Of a DNA stretch of 64,000 nt, positions 27,945 through 36,228 are shown piece by piece (the first letter of the stretch is position 1; every line of letters starts with the position of its first letter). The translations under genes and the position numbers were made by a program. Under the pieces are notes generated by a model that had not been told where the DNA came from, made no database searches, and saw only the letters and a program-made list of their open reading frames with translations. This DNA comes from Myxococcales bacterium (GTDB taxonomy: Bacteria > Myxococcota_A > UBA9042): NCBI GenBank assembly GCA_037441385.1, contig JBBISH010000004.1, positions 32,001-96,000 on the forward strand, written 5' to 3'.

Positions 27945-29831
27945 ATGCCGGAGCCGCACGCAGCGCTGGTCCAGCCGGCTGACCCAGGCAAACCGCAGTG
28001 GCGGCGCCTGTTTTGGCTGCCGGCATGCGCGGCCGCAGTCGCCCTGTACGCGGGCACGCTGCGGTACGACCTGGTGGCCGATGCGCGCTTCCTGATACGC
28101 GACAACCTGTTCCTGCGCCATTGGAGCGACCTGTGGCCCAACGTAAGCCATGATTACTTTTGGTCCTCGTCGGGCAATACCCTGCCCTATTGGCGGCCGC
28201 TGACCAAGGCCAGCTGGCTGGTGGAGTACCTGGCAGCCGGCGGCCAGGCCTGGATGTTCCACGCCGTGCAAGTCGGCTGGTTCGCAGCGCTTTGTGGCGG
28301 TGCAGCCGTCCTGGCGCAGCGGCTGGGTGCGCGGCCGATTTGGGCGGCCTTGGCCGGCGTGGCCGTGGCGCTGCATCCCGTAGCGCAAGAGCCGGTGGCG
28401 CTGGTGATGGCCCGCTCGGATGTGGCGGCGGCTGCGGCAGCCGTGTGGGCGCTGGCTCTGCAAGTTGGCTCGCAGCCTGGCGATCGCGGCGCCCGCTGGG
28501 GCAGCCTGGCCTGCCTGGCGGCGGCGCTGGCCAGCAAAGAGGCCGGGGTAGCGCTGCTGCCGGCGCTGGCGACCCTGGCTTGGCTGCGTGCGCCGCGGCC
28601 GGTGGCCTGGACCGCTCTGGGCCGCGAACTGGCGCCGCATACGCTGATCACAGGAGCCTACCTGCTGGCGCGGCACGCGGTCTTGAGCCCAACGGCTCCG
28701 GCGCCCCTGGCCCTGGATCCGCTGCGCTGGGTGGCCGGGTTGGGGCGCTACGCCCAGAGCGCCTTGCCGGGCCTGCTGGAAAGCGGCGTGACCAACTTGC
28801 CGCGGGCCTACGCCGCTGACTGGAGCCAGTGGCTGCCGGGTGCGGCGGCCGCGCTGGCGCTCGCCACGCTGGTGGGCATCGGGCTGTGGCGCCGGGCGGC
28901 ATGGACGGTGTTGCCGGTGCTGGCCATGGCCTCGTTGGCGCCGGTCTTGTTGGTCGAGCAGCTCAACGTGCCGGGCGTGGCAGGCAAGATTCCGTTGGCG
29001 GATCGCTGGCTTCTGCCGGCCATGATCACGGCCCAGGTGGGGGCGGCGCTGGCGGCGAGCCGATGGCACTGGCAGCGGGCGCAGCGCTTGACCCTGCTGG
29101 GCGTGGCGGCGTGGGTGGTGGTCCGCGCGGGTTTGGTGGCCGCCGAGCCGGCCTGGTACCAAAGCGAGGTAGCGCTTTTGGACCTGGAAGACCGCAACGA
29201 GGCGCTGATTCCCCAAGACTTCTGGACGCACGAGGACCTTTGCCGGCATCACATGCGCGCGGTCGTCCGGGCCGGTCAGACGGGCCATCCCGAGCAAGTC
29301 GAGCCAGCGGTGGCCGCGATGCCAGCCGATTGCCGCCACCATCCAGAGACGCAGTTCAACTTGTTGGCCGCGCAGGTGACGCTGGGGCGCTTTGCGGCCG
29401 CGGTCGAGACGGGCAGCGCCTTGCTGGCCCACCCGCCGGCCGATCGGCGCTTTGCCGGGCCGATGCGGGCGCTGTATGGGCGGGCGCTGGTGGAAATGGG
29501 CCGCGGCAGCGAGGCCGTGCAGCCGCTGCAGCAGGCGCTGGCGCTGGGGGCCGGTGGTTGCGACGTGGTGATGGCGCTGGGCCGGGCGCAGATCGACGCA
29601 GGTCAGCCGGCGGCCGGCGGCGATCGGCTGGCCGAGGCGGCGCGCTGTCTGGAGCAACAGGGCCAGCCAGCTGTGCCCTTGTGGCTTTTTGCGGCGCAGG
29701 CGCACCTGCAGGCCGGGCAACGCGACAAGGCTCGCGGCGAACTGGGGCGCGTCGATGGCCATTTGCGGTTGCCAAAGGCGTTGCGCGACGTGTATGACCA
29801 AGTTCAGCGGACGCTGGCGGCGCCGCCATGA
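27945..29831 (+). CDS. Multi-pass membrane protein with C-terminal TPRs (TMTC/GT-C-like glycosyltransferase)
   Basis: YWRPL, ALHPVAQEPVA..MARSD, ALASKE, ADRWLLP; C-terminal TPR-like helices. Confidence 0.7.
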   Translation: MPEPHAALVQPADPGKPQWRRLFWLPACAAAVALYAGTLRYDLVADARFLIRDNLFLRHWSDLWPNVSHDYFWSSSGNTLPYWRPLTKASWLVEYLAAGGQAWMFHAVQVGWFAALCGGAAVLAQRLGARPIWAALAGVAVALHPVAQEPVALVMARSDVAAAAAAVWALALQVGSQPGDRGARWGSLACLAAALASKEAGVALLPALATLAWLRAPRPVAWTALGRELAPHTLITGAYLLARHAVLSPTAPAPLALDPLRWVAGLGRYAQSALPGLLESGVTNLPRAYAADWSQWLPGAAAALALATLVGIGLWRRAAWTVLPVLAMASLAPVLLVEQLNVPGVAGKIPLADRWLLPAMITAQVGAALAASRWHWQRAQRLTLLGVAAWVVVRAGLVAAEPAWYQSEVALLDLEDRNEALIPQDFWTHEDLCRHHMRAVVRAGQTGHPEQVEPAVAAMPADCRHHPETQFNLLAAQVTLGRFAAAVETGSALLAHPPADRRFAGPMRALYGRALVEMGRGSEAVQPLQQALALGAGGCDVVMALGRAQIDAGQPAAGGDRLAEAARCLEQQGQPAVPLWLFAAQAHLQAGQRDKARGELGRVDGHLRLPKALRDVYDQVQRTLAAPP

Positions 29832-30361
29832 CGAACGGAGGCGCAATGCAGCGCATGCGATGGGGAGCCTGGCTGACCCTTTGGGCCCTGGCCGGGTCGG
29901 CGTGCTCGTCGGCGTATACGCCGCGGCGCTCCGCGGCGCTCAAGCTCATGATGGAAAGTGGGCAACCGGTCTTGGCCAAGAACGGCATGTATGTGCCGAT
30001 GGGCATGTTCGGCAGCGGTTTGGTCGAGGCGGTGGCCGAGCACCCGCAGGCCCTGGAATATGCCGAGGCCTACCGCGATGGCACGGTCTGGGGGTTCGGC
30101 ACAGCCATCGCGGGCGCCGTGGTGATGGGTTTGAGCCCGCTGGCGCTGGCGACGGACGGCAATTCGTCGAACCGCGGACCCAGCGACCGCGCCGTGAACA
30201 CGACCCTGGCGGTCGCCGGAATCGGCCTGGTGGCCTACTGCGTGGGTCTGGCGATGGTGGTCGACGCGCAGCCCCACATGTTCGACGCCATCAACCGCTA
30301 CAACGACGCCGTGGAAGAGGGCTGGCGGCCCCCGGCGCCGGCGACGGCGGCGACCGAGTAG
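29828..30361 (+). CDS. Hypothetical membrane lipoprotein
   Basis: ATGA overlap with the upstream gene; lipobox-like LAGSAC; two TM segments; DAINRYND tail. Confidence 0.65.
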   Translation: MTNGGAMQRMRWGAWLTLWALAGSACSSAYTPRRSAALKLMMESGQPVLAKNGMYVPMGMFGSGLVEAVAEHPQALEYAEAYRDGTVWGFGTAIAGAVVMGLSPLALATDGNSSNRGPSDRAVNTTLAVAGIGLVAYCVGLAMVVDAQPHMFDAINRYNDAVEEGWRPPAPATAATE

Positions 30362-30416
30362 TTTGCCACCGCTGGGCGGCGCGCGTATCTTGTGGGCAGC
30401 GCGCACGCGCAAAGGC

Positions 30417-31973
30417 ATGGCCATGGTATCCTGGGCCCGTCGCATCCGCCGTTCCACGACTCCCCTGCAGCTGCTAGCGATCGCGGCCGTATTTGGCCTG
30501 AGTCCGGCCTGCGACTTGGGGGGCAGCGGCGCGGCTAGCTGTCCGCCGCAATTCGCCAGCACCACCGGCACGGTGGTCTACGTCAGCGCCGCTTGCGGGT
30601 CCGACACGGGCGACGGCACGCTGGGAGCACCCTTGCGCAGCATCGGCGCCGCCGTGGCCCGCGCCCAGACCGGCACCACCATCCTGCTGGCCGCCGGGAA
30701 CTACAGCGAAGACATCAAGTTGCCGGGGGGCGTCCACATGGTGGGCCAGGGGGCCGTGCGCATCACCCCCAACCTGGGCGGGCTGACGATCTGGGGCGAG
30801 GGGCAAAGCACGCTGTCTGGACTGACGATTCGCGGCGCCAAAGGCGACGGCATCCTGGTGCAGAATACGGCGGTGCGACTCGAGCGGGTCACCGTAGAGC
30901 AGACCTCCGCGACCGCCAGCGCGCCGGGCAACGGCGTCGCGGTAGAGGGGTCGCCCAGCGTGGAGCTGTCGGCCTGCCAGATCCGCGACAACGCCGGTTT
31001 TGGCGTTCGGGTGCAGGCTTCGGGCCCCACCAGCATCATCGACCCGCTGTTCCACGGCGATCCGCGCAGCGCGGGCGGCACCGGCGCGATCATCGATCCG
31101 CTGTTCATGCCGTCGAGCGTCATCGGTCACAACTTGCTGGGCGGAGTGGCCATCATCGACCCGCTGTTCGCCCCCAACCCCGTGGCGACCGACCTGCTGC
31201 TGCACGCGACGCTGGTGCACGACAACAGCCAATACGGCGTATTGTTGCAGGGAGCGAGCGGCAAGCTGGCGCACTCCGCCGTGGCCGGCACGCTGTTTGC
31301 GGGCGACGTGGCTGATGGCGTGTCCGTCCAGACGCGCGGCGACGGTCAGAGCGCGCCCAATCCTACACTCGCCATCGACAAGGGCTCGCTCGTCCTGGGA
31401 AGCGGCCGCGTGGGGGTCAACGTCGCCACCTACGCCAGCGCAACCATTGACGGCGAAGTCAGCCTGTCGGGCCGCGGCGGCGTGTGGGGCCTGGGCTACC
31501 AGACTACGATTACATTGAGCAAGACCGCGTCTTTCCTCAAGAACACCATGGTCGGCGTGGCGGTCACCAACGGCGCGCACTTGGTGTGCGAGGGCGCCCA
31601 CATCGCGGGCACCATGCCGCGCGCCGTCACGGCTGGCAGCAAGTCCGACACGATGGCCGACGGCATTGGCATCTACGGCGCAGCCCACGGCGCCATCAGC
31701 GGCGCGACGTTGGCGGACAATCCGCGCGCCGGCCTGGTCGCGAGCAAGTGCGGCATCAACAGCGAAGGCGAGCCCGACGTCAGCGTGACCGGCACTCAGA
31801 TCACCGGCAGCAAGTACGATGTGGTGATCCAGTGCCCGCCCATGAACCAGCGAGCGACGGGCGCGCCCAAGGATCCCTCTGCATCGGCCGATTTTGGCGA
31901 AGACGGCAACGGGCTGGTCGTGCCCAACTCGTTCTGCGACAACGGCTCGCTCGACCCCAGCTGCACCCAGTAG
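30417..31973 (+). CDS. Lipoprotein with DUF1565-like N-terminus and right-handed parallel beta-helix repeats
   Basis: Lipobox SPAC; VYVS...GDGTLGAPLRSIGAAV...ILLAAGNYSE; repeated GI/GV beta-helix rungs. Confidence 0.78.
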   Translation: MAMVSWARRIRRSTTPLQLLAIAAVFGLSPACDLGGSGAASCPPQFASTTGTVVYVSAACGSDTGDGTLGAPLRSIGAAVARAQTGTTILLAAGNYSEDIKLPGGVHMVGQGAVRITPNLGGLTIWGEGQSTLSGLTIRGAKGDGILVQNTAVRLERVTVEQTSATASAPGNGVAVEGSPSVELSACQIRDNAGFGVRVQASGPTSIIDPLFHGDPRSAGGTGAIIDPLFMPSSVIGHNLLGGVAIIDPLFAPNPVATDLLLHATLVHDNSQYGVLLQGASGKLAHSAVAGTLFAGDVADGVSVQTRGDGQSAPNPTLAIDKGSLVLGSGRVGVNVATYASATIDGEVSLSGRGGVWGLGYQTTITLSKTASFLKNTMVGVAVTNGAHLVCEGAHIAGTMPRAVTAGSKSDTMADGIGIYGAAHGAISGATLADNPRAGLVASKCGINSEGEPDVSVTGTQITGSKYDVVIQCPPMNQRATGAPKDPSASADFGEDGNGLVVPNSFCDNGSLDPSCTQ

Positions 31974-31988
31974 CCAGGGCCCGATCGT

Positions 31989-33824
31989 TCAATCCAGCCT
32001 GAACTCTTCGCGCCAGTTTTCGCGATCTTGCCAGCGCGGTTGCTGCAGCTTGTGCAATAGGAATGGCCCAAGGGCCAGGGCGTCGATGCTGGTGCGCATG
32101 AAGCACCGGTAGGCGTCATCGGGCGTGCACACAATCGGCTCGCCGCGCACGTTGAAGCTGGTGTTGATGAGGAGCGGACAGCCGGTCAGGCGCTCGAAGG
32201 CCTGGATCAGCTCGTAATAACGGGGATTATCGCGCTGCGAGACAGTCTGGATCCGCGCTGAGTGGTCCACGTGGGTGATGGCCGGCACGCTGGAGCGCGG
32301 CCGGTTGACCCATTGAGTGAGATCCAGTTGCTTTTCATCGCCTTGCAGCGGCAACTGCCGGTCTTTGGCCACGTCGGCCACCAGCAGCATGTAGGGCGAC
32401 GGGCGATCCAGGTCGAACCATGCGCTCGCATGCTCTTGCAGAACGGACGGCGCGAACGGTCGAAAGCTCTCGCGGAATTTGATTTTCAAGTTCATCTGCG
32501 ACTGCATGTGCGGGCTGCGCGGGTCGCCGACGATGCTACGATTGCCCAGCGCGCGTGGGCCGAATTCCATCCGCCCTTGGCAAAGGGCCACCACTTGCTG
32601 GTCGGCGAGCAGCTGCGCCACAGCGGCGGGCCACTCGGCGTCGGCGATGCGGGTGTAGGGATAGCCGTGGCGGTCCAGGTAAGTCTGGATGTCTGCTTCG
32701 GAAAATTCCGGACCGAGCAGCGCTCCGTGCATGGCATCGTGCACGCCGTCGGCCTGCCGCGCCTGGTCAAAATGCCCATGCCAGACCGCCCACGCCGCCC
32801 CCAGCGCGCCACCGGCATCGCCCGCGGCCGGCTGGATCCACAGGTCGCGAAACAGCCCCGAACGCAGCAGCTTGCCGTTGGCGACACAGTTCAGCGCCAC
32901 GCCGCCGGCCAGGCACAGGTGCTCCAGGCCCGTGGTCTTGCGCAGGTGGCTGGCGAGCCGAAGCAGCACCAACTCGGCGACTTCTTGGATGGATCGGGCC
33001 ACGTCCATGTGGCGGCGCTCGATGGGCCCCTCGGCGGCGCGCGGCGGCCCGCCGAGCAGCCCGGCCAGCTTGGGGCCGGCCATTCGATCGCCGCCCAGAT
33101 AGTCGAAGTAATCAAGATTCAAGGCAAATGAACCGTCGTCGCGCAGATCGATCAGGTGGTCCAGCATCGTCTGGACGTAGCGCGGCTCGCCGTAGGGCGC
33201 CAGGCCCATCAGCTTGTACTCGCCGGAATTAACTCGAAACCCGCAGTACTGTGTGATGGCCGAATACAGCAACCCCAGCGAGTGCGGATAGGTCAGCTGC
33301 TGGTGGAAGTCGATGCGGTGGTCCGTACCGCTGGCCAACGTGGTGGTGGCCCACTCGCCCACACCGTCGACAGTCAGGATGGCCGCCCGCGGGAACGGCG
33401 ACGGGTAGAAGGCGCTGGCGGCGTGCGACAGGTGATGCTCGGGGAAAAGCAGCCGTTCTGGGGCAGAAATACCCAGATCTTCTAGGGCTTGCGTCAGCCG
33501 CGCCTCGACCCACAGCTTGCGCCGCAGCCACACCGGTACGGCCTGGAGAAACTGGCCCAAGCCGCGCGGCGCCACGGCCCGCTGGGTCTGCAACAACCGA
33601 TGGAACTTCAAAAGCGGCTTGTCGTAGAAGGCGACGGCGTCCAGCCTGTCACCGGGGCGTAACCCCGCTTGCTGCAAACAGAAGCGGATCGACTGCAGCG
33701 GCAGGTCCGCGTCGCCCTTTTTGCGGCTAAAGCGTTCTTCCTGGGCGGCCGCGACCAGGACGCCACCTTGCAGCAGGCAGGCGGCCGAGTCGTGGTAGTC
33801 GCAAGAAATGCCAAGAATGTTCAT
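31989..33824 (-). CDS. O-carbamoyltransferase (CmcH/NodU/TobZ family)
   Basis: ILGISCDYHDSAACL, QEERFSR, EHHLSHAASAFY, DGVGE, GEYKLMGLAPYG, AGGVALNCVANG, EFGPRALGNRS, KFRESFRPFAPS, NTSFNVRGEPIV. Confidence 0.95.
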   Translation of the reverse strand: MNILGISCDYHDSAACLLQGGVLVAAAQEERFSRKKGDADLPLQSIRFCLQQAGLRPGDRLDAVAFYDKPLLKFHRLLQTQRAVAPRGLGQFLQAVPVWLRRKLWVEARLTQALEDLGISAPERLLFPEHHLSHAASAFYPSPFPRAAILTVDGVGEWATTTLASGTDHRIDFHQQLTYPHSLGLLYSAITQYCGFRVNSGEYKLMGLAPYGEPRYVQTMLDHLIDLRDDGSFALNLDYFDYLGGDRMAGPKLAGLLGGPPRAAEGPIERRHMDVARSIQEVAELVLLRLASHLRKTTGLEHLCLAGGVALNCVANGKLLRSGLFRDLWIQPAAGDAGGALGAAWAVWHGHFDQARQADGVHDAMHGALLGPEFSEADIQTYLDRHGYPYTRIADAEWPAAVAQLLADQQVVALCQGRMEFGPRALGNRSIVGDPRSPHMQSQMNLKIKFRESFRPFAPSVLQEHASAWFDLDRPSPYMLLVADVAKDRQLPLQGDEKQLDLTQWVNRPRSSVPAITHVDHSARIQTVSQRDNPRYYELIQAFERLTGCPLLINTSFNVRGEPIVCTPDDAYRCFMRTSIDALALGPFLLHKLQQPRWQDRENWREEFRLD

Positions 33825-34228
33825 CAGTAGGGCCGCCAGTTGCGCGTTTGATCCGCATCGCACGCGACAAAGAGGCTGGCCGGTCGGGCCGGCGCGCGCA
33901 GGCGCAGGGGATCCCGGCCGCGGAGGCGAGCGATCCGTCCCAGGGGCCACATCACCGCGACGAACACGGGCGTCAGCAACAGGACCGCAAGCGCAAACTC
34001 CAGGCCGCGGTCGAACTTGCGACCCAGCCACGCCGCAGCCAAGGCCAGGCCAGTGCCAAGGCCGGCCCAAAGCCAGTGGCCCGTCCAAGCGAGCGCGGCC
34101 GCCACCGCCAGCCCCAAAATCAGGTTGCGCAGCCGACGCTTGCGGTCTTGGGCCGCTTCGACCAGCTGCTGCTGGGTGCGCGCACTCTGCAATGGATCCC
34201 AAATGGCGTACGGGGCGGGCGCGCTCAT
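33824..34228 (-). CDS. Small membrane protein (SxtJ-like, carbamoyltransferase-associated)
   Basis: About 3 TM segments; VLLLTPVFVAVMWPLGRIARLRGRDPL resembles SxtJ-family C-termini; stop overlaps the carbamoyltransferase start. Confidence 0.6.
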   Translation of the reverse strand: MSAPAPYAIWDPLQSARTQQQLVEAAQDRKRRLRNLILGLAVAAALAWTGHWLWAGLGTGLALAAAWLGRKFDRGLEFALAVLLLTPVFVAVMWPLGRIARLRGRDPLRLRAPARPASLFVACDADQTRNWRPY

Positions 34229-34270
34229 GCGGCGAGGGTAGCGGCGGCGGCGGCGTGCGTAAAGACGCTC

Positions 34271-35083
34271 CTACTCGTCGTCGCGCAGGTAGAAGCTGAC
34301 CTTGAACGAGCGGATCCGCACCGGCACCGGCTTGCCATCGCGCAACCCTGGCTGGAACGGGCAGCGCTGCAGAGCCTGGACCGCCGCCTGGTCCAAACCG
34401 TGACCGAGGCCCTTGATCACCTTGATTTCACGCGCTTTGCCGTCTTCGCCCACCACCAAGTCCAGGACGACCGTGCCTTCCACCGCCGCCTGGCGCGCTT
34501 CTTCGGTGTACTGCCCCTTGCACAGGTCGCGGTCCTTCATCTCGGGCGCCTTTTCGACCTGATGCGCCGGCACCGGCGGCGGCAGCGAAGGCGCCAAGGG
34601 CTTGACCTTCTTGGGATCCTTGGCCGTTCCGTCCGAGCCGGTCTGGATTTGGTTGCCCACGGGCACCGCCGGCCCGGCCCCCGCGTCCGACGTGGAGGCC
34701 ATGTCGATGCCGAACACCGGTTCGTCGCTGTTCGCACCGGCAACGGGCGTCCGTTCGCTAGGTTGCACGTCTTTCTGCGGCGTGTCGGGCGGCGGCTCGT
34801 GCTGGATGGGGCTGGGCGGCCGCGGCTTGGCCGGGCTGTCTCTTTGTGCCTGCTTGGGCGGCGTCTTGGGCGGCGTAGGCTGAGGGGTCAGTTCGTCGGG
34901 GACCTTCTCTTGGGGCGGCGGCTCGGGAGGAGGCGGCGGGGGCGGCGGCGGCTGCGACACCTGAAACATCACGACTTGCTTGGCAGCCGTCTGTTGGTCG
35001 GGCAGGCGTTCCAGGCCGTCGAACAGCAAGAAATGCAGCAGCAGCGACGCTACCACAAAGCCGGCAATGCGCAGCTCGTACAT
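34271..35083 (-). CDS. tonB: Energy transducer TonB
   Basis: SLLLH TM motif, Pro-rich linker, C-terminal YTEEARQAAVEGTVVL...GLDQAAVQAL...GKPVPV. Confidence 0.9.
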   Translation of the reverse strand: MYELRIAGFVVASLLLHFLLFDGLERLPDQQTAAKQVVMFQVSQPPPPPPPPPEPPPQEKVPDELTPQPTPPKTPPKQAQRDSPAKPRPPSPIQHEPPPDTPQKDVQPSERTPVAGANSDEPVFGIDMASTSDAGAGPAVPVGNQIQTGSDGTAKDPKKVKPLAPSLPPPVPAHQVEKAPEMKDRDLCKGQYTEEARQAAVEGTVVLDLVVGEDGKAREIKVIKGLGHGLDQAAVQALQRCPFQPGLRDGKPVPVRIRSFKVSFYLRDDE

Positions 35084-35092
35084 GGTCCAGGC

Positions 35093-35521
35093 CTACTTGC
35101 CCGCCGGCGGCGTGAGCGCCGCGGGGTCGATCTGGATAGCAAACGACACGACACCCAAGGCTTTGACGGTGTCGATCACCCACACCACGCGGCCGTGGGC
35201 GGTCTGCTTGTCGGCGGCGATCATCACGACGGTCTTGGGGTTCTTCTTCACGGCATCCCGGACCAGCGCCCGCAGCTCATCGGGCGTCTTGGCTTGTCCT
35301 TCGACGTACATCTCGCCGGTTTTGGTCAGTGTCACACCGATCGGCTTGTTGTCGAGCGAGCCGCCCTGGGCCGCTTTGGGCAGATCGACCTCGATGGCCT
35401 GCTTGGCGATCAGGTTGGCGGTGAGCATGAAAATGATCAGCAGCACCAACATGATGTCGACCAGCGGCGCCACGTTGATGTCGGTGATCATGCCGCGGCC
35501 GCGCCGCGCTCCGCCTGCCAT
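35093..35521 (-). CDS. exbD: Biopolymer transport protein ExbD/TolR
   Basis: INVAPLVDIMLVLLIIFML, VDLPKA, IAADKQ. Confidence 0.92.
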   Translation of the reverse strand: MAGGARRGRGMITDINVAPLVDIMLVLLIIFMLTANLIAKQAIEVDLPKAAQGGSLDNKPIGVTLTKTGEMYVEGQAKTPDELRALVRDAVKKNPKTVVMIAADKQTAHGRVVWVIDTVKALGVVSFAIQIDPAALTPPAGK

Positions 35522-36219
35522 CAGGGCACCTTCCCTTGGCCTTCGCCTGCCGCGGCGCTGGGAGCGGGTCTGGCCTTGATGTGCGCCAAAATGCTGTGCA
35601 AGAGCGCCGTGGACGACGACATGCTCGCCTCGACGTGGCGCGAGAAGGTGTTGTACAGGGCCACCGCCGGCAGTGCGACCAGCAGGCCCACGCCGGTCGC
35701 CACCAGCGCCTCGGCAATGCCGGCCATCACGGCCTGCGCGCCCTGTGCAGTGTTGGCGGCCAGGTCGTGAAAGGCGCGGATGATGCCGAGCACCGTGCCG
35801 AACAGGCCGACGAACGGGGCGTTGCTGCCCAGCGTGCCCAAGAACGCCAGGCCGCGCTCGTAGCGCAACCGCTCATTTTCCAAGACGCCGGCCACGTGCT
35901 CGGCCACCGAGTCAGCGCCTTGGTGGGCGTTGCGCAGGGCCACGCGCAGCACAGAGTCTTGCATCGAATTGCCGTCGCCCAGCTGGATCAGCGCTTCCGG
36001 AGCACCACGATTCTGCATGGTCTCTAGGGCTTTTTGTATCTGCGCCGCCCGCTGCCGGGCCCGCCAGAAGAACCAAACGCGCTCCAGAGCGATCGCCACC
36101 GCGACCACCGACAGGATCAGCAGCAGCCACAGCACCCAGCGCGACCCGACTTTCAGCATCAAGTCGAGCAGTTGCGCGTCGACGGTCTGGCCACCTTCGG
36201 CCACGGCGGGGGAACTCAT
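35521..36219 (-). CDS. exbB: MotA/TolQ/ExbB proton channel
   Basis: LGTLGSNAPFVGLFGTVLGIIRAF, GIAEALVATGVGLLVALPA. Confidence 0.92.
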   Translation of the reverse strand: MSSPAVAEGGQTVDAQLLDLMLKVGSRWVLWLLLILSVVAVAIALERVWFFWRARQRAAQIQKALETMQNRGAPEALIQLGDGNSMQDSVLRVALRNAHQGADSVAEHVAGVLENERLRYERGLAFLGTLGSNAPFVGLFGTVLGIIRAFHDLAANTAQGAQAVMAGIAEALVATGVGLLVALPAVALYNTFSRHVEASMSSSTALLHSILAHIKARPAPSAAAGEGQGKVP

Positions 36220-36228
36220 GCCTATGCC

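Noticed and set aside
31035..31169. Three 18-bp direct repeats with 36/45-nt spacers as a mini CRISPR array
   Set aside because: The repeats are too short, in frame within a CDS and vary only at a synonymous position; no cas genes in the window.
31989..34228. Saxitoxin cluster (sxtI/sxtJ-like pair)
   Set aside because: Carbamoyltransferase plus SxtJ-like genes are widespread; no sxtA, sxtG or other toxin genes are present.
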